From Phycisphaerae bacterium (GTDB taxonomy: Bacteria; Planctomycetota; Phycisphaerae; Sedimentisphaerales; Anaerobacaceae): a DNA stretch of 53,577 nt. The position numbers and the translations under genes were made by a program. The notes under the pieces were generated by a model. The model ran no database searches. It was not told the origin of the DNA and saw nothing but the letters and a program-made list of their open reading frames with translations. This document shows, one piece after another, positions 18,058 through 27,155 of this stretch (within the stretch, counting starts at the first letter, position 1; every line of letters starts with the position of its first letter). The stretch is from the NCBI GenBank assembly GCA_011776225.1, contig JAABXR010000066.1, positions 1 to 53,577 on the forward strand, written 5' to 3'.

Positions 18058-19608
18058 ATGGGATTTGACCTTAGTATCTTTGAGGATGAACAGTTCGGGG
18101 CCGATTACGTCGAGTGGCTCGTTGATGAACGCTCGATAGATATTCGAACACACTTTTCGAAGCTTTGGGAATATTACGCAAACAACATGCAGGATGTAAT
18201 CAGTGCAGGCGGCCGTAGTGAACCAATGAACGGGCGGTGCTATGCACAGGCGCAGGAGTATGGGCTGCCTCCCAGGATAACCGGATTCGTACAGTCGGCG
18301 AGCACAGGCGTTTTCGGTGGGCGGCGAGTACGCGAAGTACAGCGAAAAGAAGTGGTGATTGAAAATGATATCGCATGGCGAATCAACGCGGCGGTCGATT
18401 TTTTGTTCGGAAAACCAGTTACTTTTGTATCCAAATCGCCGATTAGCCAAAAACGAGCGAAAATAGAGTGCATATTGAAGGCGGTTTTTGAGGCTAACGG
18501 CGCTGTCGGATTTTTTCAGGATATGGCGGTGCTCGGAAGTGTTTATGGTTTCGTCGATTGTCTCGTCAGGCCCAGCGACGAGATCTTAGAAAGCATTTCC
18601 TCCTCCTCCCAACCTCCTTCATTTACAGATGTGCTGCAATTGGCACGGACAATCGACCTGGAACTGATTGAAGCACCGAGAGCACTGCCTGTTCTGGAAG
18701 AGAACGACTATAAAAAAATCAGATATTACGTGCAGCACTTTTACCAGAAGCGAAACGCCCTGAGCAGGAAAAACAACTTTCTCGCGAAACTGCTTTCACC
18801 GAGCAGAAGGGGAAGCGATAGCCGGCAAGTGGTTGCGGTGACGGAGATAACTTCGGCCTTAGCCTGGCAGAGGTATGAGGATAAACAGCTTGTTGCAGAA
18901 AGCAGATTGCCTTGGAGATTTTTGCCGGTAGTGCATATCCAAAATATTGCTCAACCGTACTACTATGAGGGCCTAAGCGATGTCGAGTCACTGATACCAC
19001 TTCAGGATGAGCTTAATACCAGATTGAGTGACAGGGCGAGCAGGATTACGTTCCAGTCGTTTAAGATGTATCTTGGCAAGGGGATAGAGGGCTTTGAGGA
19101 CAGACCGGTGTCGCCGGGCAGGATGTGGTACACCGACAATCCGGAGGCGGCTATTGAAGAATTCGGGGGAGACGCAGCTACGCCGAGCGAGGATTTGCAT
19201 ATTGCCGAGATTAGAGAGGCGATGGATAAGGCGAGTGGGGTCTCGCCGGTGGTGGCCGGTGTTTTGAAGAATAAACTTGGCAATCTTACCAGTGCGGTGG
19301 CCCTAAGACTGACGTTCATGGGGATGCTCTCGAAGAATGAACGAAAGAGATTTACTTATACCGAAGGTCTGAAAAAAATTGCACAGATGATTCTGGCAAT
19401 GCTCGACAGGGCCAACATCTACAAAACCAGCAAGGCGGACAGAGAGATCGATATTATTTTCCCCAGTCCACTACCCGAGAATATGACGGAGAAACTAAAA
19501 GAGGCGCAAATCAAAAAAGAATTAGGCGTTCCCACTGAGCAGGTGCTCAGAGAATTAGGTTACGATACCACGAATGAGAGAGGAAACTCTAATCAGGAGG
19601 TCTTATGA
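18058..19608 (+). CDS. phage portal protein
   Basis: 516 aa and first gene of the block. Portal-like core is WRFLPVVHIQN...YYYEGLSDVESLIPLQDELNTRLSDRASRITFQSF. Its stop overlaps the next start (ATGA at 19605-19608), and scaffold-like and capsid genes follow. Confidence 0.7.
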   Translation: MGFDLSIFEDEQFGADYVEWLVDERSIDIRTHFSKLWEYYANNMQDVISAGGRSEPMNGRCYAQAQEYGLPPRITGFVQSASTGVFGGRRVREVQRKEVVIENDIAWRINAAVDFLFGKPVTFVSKSPISQKRAKIECILKAVFEANGAVGFFQDMAVLGSVYGFVDCLVRPSDEILESISSSSQPPSFTDVLQLARTIDLELIEAPRALPVLEENDYKKIRYYVQHFYQKRNALSRKNNFLAKLLSPSRRGSDSRQVVAVTEITSALAWQRYEDKQLVAESRLPWRFLPVVHIQNIAQPYYYEGLSDVESLIPLQDELNTRLSDRASRITFQSFKMYLGKGIEGFEDRPVSPGRMWYTDNPEAAIEEFGGDAATPSEDLHIAEIREAMDKASGVSPVVAGVLKNKLGNLTSAVALRLTFMGMLSKNERKRFTYTEGLKKIAQMILAMLDRANIYKTSKADREIDIIFPSPLPENMTEKLKEAQIKKELGVPTEQVLRELGYDTTNERGNSNQEVL

Positions 19609-20129
19609 TTTCAAGTGAGGCGCAGGATATTGTGTCAGCAGACACAGCAGGGCACGGAGACGATGACAACTTGAAATTTGTTCCGGTGTCCGAATCCATC
19701 CGTTATCGGAAGAGGGCACAGAGTGCCGAGAAAAAAATCGAATCTCTGGCTGAGCAATTAGCCGAGGCAAAAGCAGAGGTCGAAAAGACGGCTGAACAGC
19801 TAAAAAGCATCCAAGTCGAACAGAAACTTGTGCGTGAATTAGCTGCTGCCGGGGCTGTGGATCTGGAGACAGCTGTGTTGATTGCCAGGGCCAGAGTGGA
19901 AGGAGAAGCCGAAGCGGATATTGATAATGTTATAAGGCAGTTGAAAAAGGAAAAACAATATCTGTTTGCAGGTGTCGGCAGGGCTGTGACGGCGACAAAG
20001 ACTGCGGGGGCTAAGGAGCGAACGGAAGGCAGCCATACAGTTCTTGAGAGAGCTGCAAAGAAGGCGGCAACGACCGGCAGCCGAACAGATTTACAGGAGT
20101 ATCTGAAAATGCGAAGGAATTTTATTTGA
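19605..20129 (+). CDS. phage scaffolding-like protein
   Basis: 174 aa, charged and predicted coiled coil (AQSAEKKIESLAEQLAEAKAEVEKTAEQLKSIQVEQKL). It sits between the portal and capsid genes. Confidence 0.55.
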   Translation: MISSEAQDIVSADTAGHGDDDNLKFVPVSESIRYRKRAQSAEKKIESLAEQLAEAKAEVEKTAEQLKSIQVEQKLVRELAAAGAVDLETAVLIARARVEGEAEADIDNVIRQLKKEKQYLFAGVGRAVTATKTAGAKERTEGSHTVLERAAKKAATTGSRTDLQEYLKMRRNFI

Positions 20130-20187
20130 TTGGATAGAATAAGCAGCTACTAAGCTGGTTGTAAACGAAAGGAAAGGAGAGCATTAA

Positions 20188-21342
20188 ATGGCTTTTACAG
20201 GAAAAGCAACTTATTCAGCAGGTACAACATTGCCGGAGTTGGCCGAAGACGTATCGGATTTGATCGGGATAATCTCGCCATATGAAACACCCTTGCTGGA
20301 TGCCTTGGGGGATCCGATGAGAGAGGCAACGAGCACACACCATGAATGGCTCGAAGATGAACTATTGCCTAACAGGGATGCGGTCAACGACAGCACCTTT
20401 ACTGATCCGGCTGCGGATACGGACTTTGACGTAGACAACGGCAGCAGGTTCCGTGTGGGCGACCAGATTCAGGTAGAAGGATCGGAGGAACTGATGCTTG
20501 TCACCGGTATCAACGGCGATACGCTGACTGTGGTTCGCGGTTATGCGGGTACTACGTCGGAGGATTTGGCCGATAATCAGGTGATTAACATTCTGGGAAA
20601 TGCAGCTCTTGAAGGTGACAACAAGCCCGATGTGAGGTTTACTAATCGTGTCAGATGTGGGAATTACACCCAGATATTTACCGCTGCAGTTGAAGTGAGC
20701 GGAACCGACATTGCTGCGAGCCAATTGGGTCTGGCTGATGAGTTGGATTTTCAGAAGCAGGAACGGTTGCGTGAGTTGATTCGCGATCTGGAAAATACGG
20801 TTATCAACGGTGGACAGCCGACCGGCAATCCTGAAGGCAGCAGCTCGGTAAGGAGGTCGGTGAATGGGATTATTCAGCACATTTCAACGAATGTTTTTCA
20901 TACAGGCGATAGCGGTTTTCCAAGCGGTACCGGCCTTGATGAAGCCAAGGTCAATTACGTGCTCAGGAAGATATGGGAGAATAGCAACGGGAATGTGGAC
21001 TTAATTGTAGTGGGTGGTTTTCAGAAGCGAAAGATAAATGAGTTCTGTGCCGGCAGTCGAACCTATGCGGCGAACGATACGATTTTCACTAATATGGTTA
21101 GTGTTTACGAGAGCGATTTTGGCGTCTGCAGAATTGTTACTTCAAGATGGATACCGCAGGACGGGGTTTTGTTCCTGGATTCATCGAGGCTTAGCGTGTT
21201 GCCTTTGGCGGGACGGAATTTTCATTTCAAACCATTGGCGAGCAGCGGTGACTATGAGTGCGGCGAGTTGATTGGCGAATATACCCTGGAGTTCAAGAAC
21301 GAGATGGCGCACGGACTTATTCGCGATCTAAATGTCAGCTAA
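20188..21342 (+). CDS. major capsid protein (DUF5309 / SU10-type, HK97 fold)
   Basis: 384 aa. The N-terminal LAEDVSDLIGIISPYETPLLDALG...HEWLEDEL matches the DUF5309 capsid signature as I remember it. A strong RBS (AAGGAGAGCATTA) precedes the ATG. Confidence 0.75.
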   Translation: MAFTGKATYSAGTTLPELAEDVSDLIGIISPYETPLLDALGDPMREATSTHHEWLEDELLPNRDAVNDSTFTDPAADTDFDVDNGSRFRVGDQIQVEGSEELMLVTGINGDTLTVVRGYAGTTSEDLADNQVINILGNAALEGDNKPDVRFTNRVRCGNYTQIFTAAVEVSGTDIAASQLGLADELDFQKQERLRELIRDLENTVINGGQPTGNPEGSSSVRRSVNGIIQHISTNVFHTGDSGFPSGTGLDEAKVNYVLRKIWENSNGNVDLIVVGGFQKRKINEFCAGSRTYAANDTIFTNMVSVYESDFGVCRIVTSRWIPQDGVLFLDSSRLSVLPLAGRNFHFKPLASSGDYECGELIGEYTLEFKNEMAHGLIRDLNVS

Positions 21343-21465
21343 ACGGTATGGGTCTACATCGGACGCAATCCTGGCATTTCAGAGCGTCCATTGTGGGTGC
21401 CCGGAGGAGAAACAATTCTTCGGGCACCTAACCGGCCCGGTTACATGAGAAAGGGGCTAAAGAGC

Positions 21466-22122
21466 ATGGTTAGTTTTTCAAGCGATGTGGACATTTTGAA
21501 GTACGAGCCGGTGCTGTTCGGAGAACTACACCTCTCAGGGCAGGTATCGGCGGCAGGGACAGGCGGGACGCTTAGCGGGACGACATTTACCGCAAGTGGG
21601 GCAGATTTTGTAGGTGCGCAGGTCTCAGCTGGCGGAGTTATATATATGCATACTGGAGATGGTACACTGGATGGAGCGTATGAGATTGTGTCTTTGGATT
21701 CGGCGACACAACTTAGCGTTTCGGTGATAAGGTCAGATTCAGCTGATGCTGCAATAGCACCACCGTCTGCTACGGGTATTTCCTACCGCATCAGCACGTT
21801 CTTACCACAGGCCGGAGAAATTGGCTTTCGTTTGACAGAGCACTTTGGTATTAAGCCGGGCAATCCTGCAAGCATCTATGAGGCCGGTGATGTTCTGGAT
21901 ACAGATGTATTGAGAAGGGTATCGGTCTTTGGGGTCATCTCAAATGTATATGCGATGTTAGCCAGTAAGGCCGAAGATGAGAATTTCTGGAAGAAGAGTT
22001 TTCACTATCAGAAACTTTTCGAGAGGGCAAAAGAGAGGTGTCGGCTCAATATTGACGTTGGCTCAGATCAAGTGTCTGATGTCACCAGAGTGGGAGCGTT
22101 TGTAAGGTTGGTCCGGGATTAG
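21466..22122 (+). CDS. hypothetical virion protein (position suggests head completion/adaptor)
   Basis: The track ORF 21391..22122 begins at TTG. I prefer the ATG at 21466 (MVSFSSDVDILKYEP), preceded by a purine-rich stretch. No family was recognised. Confidence 0.55.
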   Translation: MVSFSSDVDILKYEPVLFGELHLSGQVSAAGTGGTLSGTTFTASGADFVGAQVSAGGVIYMHTGDGTLDGAYEIVSLDSATQLSVSVIRSDSADAAIAPPSATGISYRISTFLPQAGEIGFRLTEHFGIKPGNPASIYEAGDVLDTDVLRRVSVFGVISNVYAMLASKAEDENFWKKSFHYQKLFERAKERCRLNIDVGSDQVSDVTRVGAFVRLVRD

Positions 22123-22140
22123 TGATCGAAAGGAAAGCAA

Positions 22141-22518
22141 ATGAGCGTCGCTTTGGACGGGCAGAGTTTGTTTGGCAGTCAGCAGTTGGAGATTGAAATG
22201 GGCAGTATTAGCCGCGATTCGATAGAGAGAGCGATGCCAGGACTGGATGGTATACTCAGTATTGATTTAGGCGGACGTGGCAAGGAGATAAAGCAGAGGG
22301 GTGTGCTACGGGCGAAAAGCCGAGCGCAAATGAACGAGAGGATCAGCGAGATTTCGGCTTTTATAGATGGAAATACACATACGCTAATCACAGACGGAGG
22401 TGAAGAGTTTAACGATTTGCGGATGGACGTTTTCAAGGTGAGCAAAGAGCGAGCGGGCGGCGGTGGTGTAGCGATCGATTATGAGATTGTTTATACGCAG
22501 TTAAAGGTGAGGCAATAA
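22141..22518 (+). CDS. hypothetical virion protein, 125 aa
   Basis: Intact ORF in the operon. Its stop overlaps the next start by 1 nt (TAATG). No family was recognised. Confidence 0.55.
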   Translation: MSVALDGQSLFGSQQLEIEMGSISRDSIERAMPGLDGILSIDLGGRGKEIKQRGVLRAKSRAQMNERISEISAFIDGNTHTLITDGGEEFNDLRMDVFKVSKERAGGGGVAIDYEIVYTQLKVRQ

Positions 22519-23294
22519 TGGCGCTTATCGGTAGCGGAATAGGAAACGTAAGGGCATTCGAGTTGCCCTGTGGCATTTGGGCTGATGGTGAGTCCGTTGG
22601 TAGTCCACGGACAGTTTTGGTAAAGTGGCGGTCGGTCTGGGAAGATAAGTTTTATCAGGTATATGTCAACGGCCAATATGGAGGAGCGACAATTGACAGT
22701 CAGCAAAGGCAAATGATTGTTCAGATGCCCACCTCTTTAGAGTCACCGGTCCGGATTGAGGTTTTTGCCGTCGAGGCCGAGCAGGCAGGGATCGATTTTA
22801 GCAGTGAGATTGGATCGCCAGTGGGACCGAGCGGCCGGGTTAGGATAAGTATGCTGCGTGGTCAGAGATTGCCGGTTGGTGCAATTGCTCAGGTTTATTT
22901 TGATAATGGTACGGGCGAAATTGACTATGACAAGGTGCTCAACGAATCTCCGATAAGAATCTGGCCTGCCCGCCAGGATAAAGCAGGTTTTGGTATGAAC
23001 TGTTTTGCTGTAGGTGATTTTGGTTATGACTCGGCGGCGGCCGTAGGTTTTGGAAGGGGCGTATTTGGCCAAGGCCAGTTTGGTCTTGATGCTGATTCAT
23101 TAGAGTGGACAAGCCCGGTGATTGGTACCGGTGTTTACAGATTTGCCGTCAAGGTCACTGATGGATTGGGCAATGAAAGCGACAGCATCGAGACGGACCA
23201 AGTCATGTTGACATCAGCAGCAAGGCCTGCTGAGAAGATGAACATATTTTCGTTCGATAAACAGACGAATCAATTAGTGTTGGGTGTCTCGTAA
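22518..23294 (+). CDS. hypothetical virion protein with Ig/FN3-like repeat(s)
   Basis: 258 aa. It contains QVYFDNGTGEIDYDKV...GVYRFAVKVTDGLGNES, a module shared with ORF 26381..27067. Confidence 0.55.
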   Translation: MALIGSGIGNVRAFELPCGIWADGESVGSPRTVLVKWRSVWEDKFYQVYVNGQYGGATIDSQQRQMIVQMPTSLESPVRIEVFAVEAEQAGIDFSSEIGSPVGPSGRVRISMLRGQRLPVGAIAQVYFDNGTGEIDYDKVLNESPIRIWPARQDKAGFGMNCFAVGDFGYDSAAAVGFGRGVFGQGQFGLDADSLEWTSPVIGTGVYRFAVKVTDGLGNESDSIETDQVMLTSAARPAEKMNIFSFDKQTNQLVLGVS

Positions 23295-23315
23295 GAGGAT
23301 AGCAAGGAGAGCATT

Positions 23316-24104
23316 ATGAGTGAAGTGTATCCATCTGATAATGAATTATTAAACATACAATCTGACAGTGAGAGCGGTGTTGAATATATTCCTACAGGCA
23401 CATCTCCATATTATCTGCAGTTTAGGAAATTACTGTATAGATTGTTGCTTGCTGTACGACGGGCTAACGATTTACGGGTTTATGATGAGGGCGGACTGGA
23501 TATTGGTGTCAAAGAGGGCAAATTCTGGCTGGGCACAGGGCTGGTAAACTATGATGGCTCATCGGGCAATACACTGGCAGATGATAAAGCAAGTATATAT
23601 GTGCATCTGGATTCGGCGGGTAGTCTTGTCACCAATGAATACAGCAGCTTCCCTGATATGACTACCACGCCTCATATTCGCCTGGCGATAGTAAGCACGT
23701 CGAGTGGAGACATCGGATCGATAACCGATTGTCGTGTGGGTCATAATTTTGTGATGCCGTATGGGGCAGGTGGTGTGAAAAAGACGATTGAGGCACACAC
23801 TGCTGATGATACACTGACAGTGGAGGAATCCGGCAGTGTTCACACGAATCTTGGTGCGACTTCTACGGTTACGCTTACGTTGCCGGCATCAGCTCCAGAG
23901 GGTACGATATTCACCTTCGCAGTCCAAGCGACGCAGGAACTTCGGGTTGACCCTGCCGCTGCGGCCATTAGGGACGACAGTGGTCAGACATCCGGCAAAT
24001 ACAAGGCAGCAGATGCGGTTGGTGAGTGTTTAACACTTGTTGCGGACTCGAACGGCGATTGGACGACTGTTACCAAGAATGGAACCTGGACAGAGGAAGT
24101 ATAA
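23316..24104 (+). CDS. hypothetical virion protein, 262 aa (likely abundant)
   Basis: It has the same 13-nt RBS context as the capsid gene (AAGGAGAGCATTA). No family was recognised. Confidence 0.55.
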   Translation: MSEVYPSDNELLNIQSDSESGVEYIPTGTSPYYLQFRKLLYRLLLAVRRANDLRVYDEGGLDIGVKEGKFWLGTGLVNYDGSSGNTLADDKASIYVHLDSAGSLVTNEYSSFPDMTTTPHIRLAIVSTSSGDIGSITDCRVGHNFVMPYGAGGVKKTIEAHTADDTLTVEESGSVHTNLGATSTVTLTLPASAPEGTIFTFAVQATQELRVDPAAAAIRDDSGQTSGKYKAADAVGECLTLVADSNGDWTTVTKNGTWTEEV

Positions 24105-24114
24105 GAGCAGAGAA

Positions 24115-24432
24115 ATGAAGAATCATCCGCTATACCAAAAGCTAAAGCTAATAGCCCTTGATGAAAACTACACCGTCGAGCAGGTGCAATCACTAAGTTT
24201 TATTGAGGTGACGACTTTGCTTGGCGAAAGACCCGGGAGCACCACTTTTCTTGAGAATATGAAAGAAGGCATCTTTGTGGTGTTACAGAATCGGGATGAT
24301 GAATGTGAACTGCAGGCCCTGCAGGATCAATTCAAGATTTATCTTGATACAAACTTTCCGGGTTGGGTGGCCGAGAGCGACAGAGAAGGAAGCAAACCAT
24401 TTATAAAACTATGGCTGAAAGGTAAACCGTGA
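24115..24432 (+). CDS. hypothetical protein, ~105 aa
   Basis: The track ORF 24037..24432 overlaps the previous gene. The first non-overlapping ATG is 24115 (MKNHPLYQKLK). Confidence 0.45.
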   Translation: MKNHPLYQKLKLIALDENYTVEQVQSLSFIEVTTLLGERPGSTTFLENMKEGIFVVLQNRDDECELQALQDQFKIYLDTNFPGWVAESDREGSKPFIKLWLKGKP

Positions 24433-24433
24433 A

Positions 24434-25924
24434 ATGGGAATGATTTGGTCGACTAATGAATCTGTTATTTTTGTCGGTGGAAGAGGCACAAAGGCCGGTG
24501 ATGCCAATGCCGGCGGCGGGTGTACCAAAGATGTATGGGGTGATTTGAAAGCTCCAAGTTTGTCTCTTTCGGATGTGATGGGGACAAATGGGGAGCCGGT
24601 TTCCGCACCGTCCGCATGGAACGGTTCTGCAACGGCTTGTACTGTTACGCAAAGTTCTGCCGGCAAACTTTTAATTACGAAAACAGGTGCTTTCACCAAC
24701 GTGATCGCAGGACTTATTGCTAATGTAAATTTTTCTGATACTTATTCGGATGGTCGATACAGGGTAAACGCAGCTCAATTGACTGCTAATACCATTGAGA
24801 TTGAATGCCCTTATACTGTGAATGATAGTTGTGATGTGAAAGTCGGAGGAGCTTTCAGCACATTACAGAATTCTTTGGATAATACAGCAGCAGACCAGGG
24901 CTCCTACAAAAGTGTTAATATCCTCACAAACAAGCCTAAGACATTTTCAGGAACAGGAGACCAGATAGATGTTGATGCTGGAGGGGGAAATGGCGATGCG
25001 GGTATATGGAAACGCATAGTAGGCATTGACGGTGATGGTGTAGAGCTTGCCGACGACTCATACATTGCGTTCGATGGGAATGGCCAATCCTGTCACGTGT
25101 TTTATATCAACAATGTAAGTAACATAGAGTTTAGGCACATCTATGCTAAGGATGCCGGTACTAATTATAACGGATTTTCAATTGAGGCTAATGTAGCATC
25201 TAAAGGATTCTCATTTATTTATTGTAAATCATCCGGCTGCAAGCATGGGATATATGCCGGCAATTGGAATGCCTACATGATATATATAAAAGGGGGATGC
25301 TACAGCTCTTCGGAGAGTTGGGCGGTTTATATTTATCAGGCTCGATATGTCACCGCAAAGAAAGTTGAATTTGTCGGCATTACAACGACCCATCTTATAA
25401 ATGCTTATTGTAGTGGTCAGTTTATACTCGACGGTTGTATACTACGTAAAACAGCTGGTTACAGTGCCGGGATCATTGGCAGTTATCCCACAACTCTTAT
25501 TCTTGTTAAAAATAGCACATTTTATAATATCGATCGGTGCGTAGAACTAAACGATGACGGGGCCAAGCTGATTCAATACAACAACATATTCGTTTTGCAT
25601 ACTTCCTCAACAGGCAAGATCATCAAGCGGACAAAAGGTTCTATTATCTACAGCGACTATAGCTGTGCCTGGGCGATTGGTGGAGCACCGGTGGCTTCAG
25701 ACCGTTGGGGTGGTACTGGTTTGCCGGAGCATAGTATTGAACAGAGTCCACAATTCGTAGATGCGGATAATGGTGATTTCAGACCTCGGAATCCAAATGT
25801 ATTGCGGGGAGGTAAACCTGATATAGCTGAAAATGAAACTGAGATGGGAGCTATTTTACAGAAATACCAGTTCCCAAGGCGGTCAAAAGCGACGAATCTT
25901 GGCAGACTGCAAATCATGAAATAG
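24434..25924 (+). CDS. right-handed parallel beta-helix protein (tailspike/depolymerase-like)
   Basis: 496 aa with periodic short beta-rung repeats (NIEFRHIYAKDAG / GFSFIYCKSSGCKHGIYAG / MIYIKGGCYSSS / VTAKKVEFVG / LILDGCILRK / LILVKNSTFYN), as in pectate-lyase-fold tailspikes. The ATG lies 1 nt after the previous stop. Confidence 0.6.
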   Translation: MGMIWSTNESVIFVGGRGTKAGDANAGGGCTKDVWGDLKAPSLSLSDVMGTNGEPVSAPSAWNGSATACTVTQSSAGKLLITKTGAFTNVIAGLIANVNFSDTYSDGRYRVNAAQLTANTIEIECPYTVNDSCDVKVGGAFSTLQNSLDNTAADQGSYKSVNILTNKPKTFSGTGDQIDVDAGGGNGDAGIWKRIVGIDGDGVELADDSYIAFDGNGQSCHVFYINNVSNIEFRHIYAKDAGTNYNGFSIEANVASKGFSFIYCKSSGCKHGIYAGNWNAYMIYIKGGCYSSSESWAVYIYQARYVTAKKVEFVGITTTHLINAYCSGQFILDGCILRKTAGYSAGIIGSYPTTLILVKNSTFYNIDRCVELNDDGAKLIQYNNIFVLHTSSTGKIIKRTKGSIIYSDYSCAWAIGGAPVASDRWGGTGLPEHSIEQSPQFVDADNGDFRPRNPNVLRGGKPDIAENETEMGAILQKYQFPRRSKATNLGRLQIMK

Positions 25925-25934
25925 GAGTTAAACA

Positions 25935-26378
25935 ATGGCAAATACGGCGATCGAAATACCTTTTTATGTTTCCAATGACGGAGAGCCACTGACTGGCTCA
26001 GCGGCCCAAATGGATTTTGAAAGCTTGAAGACATTGTCAGGTACCGACAAGTCCAGTAGTGCTCCGGCAGTGAGCGAGATTGGTGGAGGCTGGTACAAAT
26101 TTAGCGTTGCGTATGGAACGGTACCGTTTGATTCAGGCGACCTTGTTGGGGTTGTAGACGCCGACAAAAATGGAAATAACAACTTGGCTAATGCTGAGCG
26201 ATATATACCTATCGAAGTTCGGCTGGATTTTTATGCTCTGATGCGACTGGTAAATAAAATGAGTCAGAACAAGAACACGGGTGATATGGAAATCAAGGAT
26301 TCTTCCGGCAATACGATTCTGGAGTTGAACATTACCGACAGTGAAAACGCGCTGGACCGTGAACCTGGGATTGCTTGA
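25935..26378 (+). CDS. hypothetical virion protein, 147 aa
   Basis: An AGGAG SD lies 7 nt upstream. No family was recognised. Confidence 0.55.
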   Translation: MANTAIEIPFYVSNDGEPLTGSAAQMDFESLKTLSGTDKSSSAPAVSEIGGGWYKFSVAYGTVPFDSGDLVGVVDADKNGNNNLANAERYIPIEVRLDFYALMRLVNKMSQNKNTGDMEIKDSSGNTILELNITDSENALDREPGIA

Positions 26379-26380
26379 CA

Positions 26381-27067
26381 ATGGATGCTAAGTTTTTTGA
26401 TAGTTTATACGAAGGTGAGTCACAAAATGGTGTCAAGTTTGGGATGAGCTTAACTGGTGGGGATTTTTGGCCTCGTGTTGCGGGTTGTTCTATGCTTTAT
26501 CGTGGTACCAGCATGGACCTGATAGACTTTTTTAATATACTGGCCGTGTCTGAGGCAACGGCATCTGAAATTTCGCCGCCAACCTATGTTTCACACGATA
26601 ATGATTCTATTTATTTTTACGTTGTTCGTCGGGTGAATGAATGCGGTCGTGAAGAGCATACTTTATCTGCCGCGGTCAAAGTTTCAATAGATTCCAATGG
26701 AGAATTGGCGGAGCCGCTGCCCAACAATGTATTCGAGATAAGAGCCGAGCAGGTTGACGGCGATAAAATATTGCTTGTCTGGTATTATTGCCCCATCGAA
26801 CAGCAGTCACCACCTGTGTGTTTTAAGGTTTATTACGATGCTGGTACAGGACAAATAGATTATGAAGATCCGATAGCCACGATTAGCTATTGCGGTCGGA
26901 AATTTTACACTCACCTAAGTGACATGCTTGGCGAAGGCAAATATTTGTTTGCTATAAGAGCGGTAGGTGCCGATGGGACAGAAAACACTTCATTATCCCC
27001 AATGGAGGTCTATCTTGACACCACGAGTCCCGGTGTTATCAACATTCTTAACGCCCGATCGGTTTAA
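26381..27067 (+). CDS. hypothetical virion protein with Ig/FN3-like module
   Basis: The ATG at 26381 lies just after the stop of the previous gene (the track start 26375 is TTG). KVYYDAGTGQIDYEDPIA...GKYLFAIRAVGADGTENTS is paralogous to ORF 22518..23294. Confidence 0.55.
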   Translation: MDAKFFDSLYEGESQNGVKFGMSLTGGDFWPRVAGCSMLYRGTSMDLIDFFNILAVSEATASEISPPTYVSHDNDSIYFYVVRRVNECGREEHTLSAAVKVSIDSNGELAEPLPNNVFEIRAEQVDGDKILLVWYYCPIEQQSPPVCFKVYYDAGTGQIDYEDPIATISYCGRKFYTHLSDMLGEGKYLFAIRAVGADGTENTSLSPMEVYLDTTSPGVINILNARSV

Positions 27068-27155
27068 TGAGAGACATGAATGAAACTATGGTTTTAATTT
27101 GGTGACTTGGATTACTATCGGACAGTTGAAAGTCACAAAAAGCGAGAGATTATGT

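Noticed and set aside
18052-18473. Minus-strand ORFs (132 and 77 aa) overlap the 5' end of the portal gene and might represent a divergent regulator.
   Set aside because: They lie entirely within the portal coding frame and have no motifs and skewed composition. They are shadow ORFs.
20362-20880. A 172-aa antisense ORF lies inside the capsid gene. Similar long antisense ORFs occur at 3651..4226, 5739..6248, 8168..8653, 33919..34341, 35231..35704, 43194..43607 and 49069..49614.
   Set aside because: Each lies opposite a gene with strong family motifs, has low-complexity or Arg/Ser/Leu-rich composition, and lacks start-site signals. All were treated as frame shadows.
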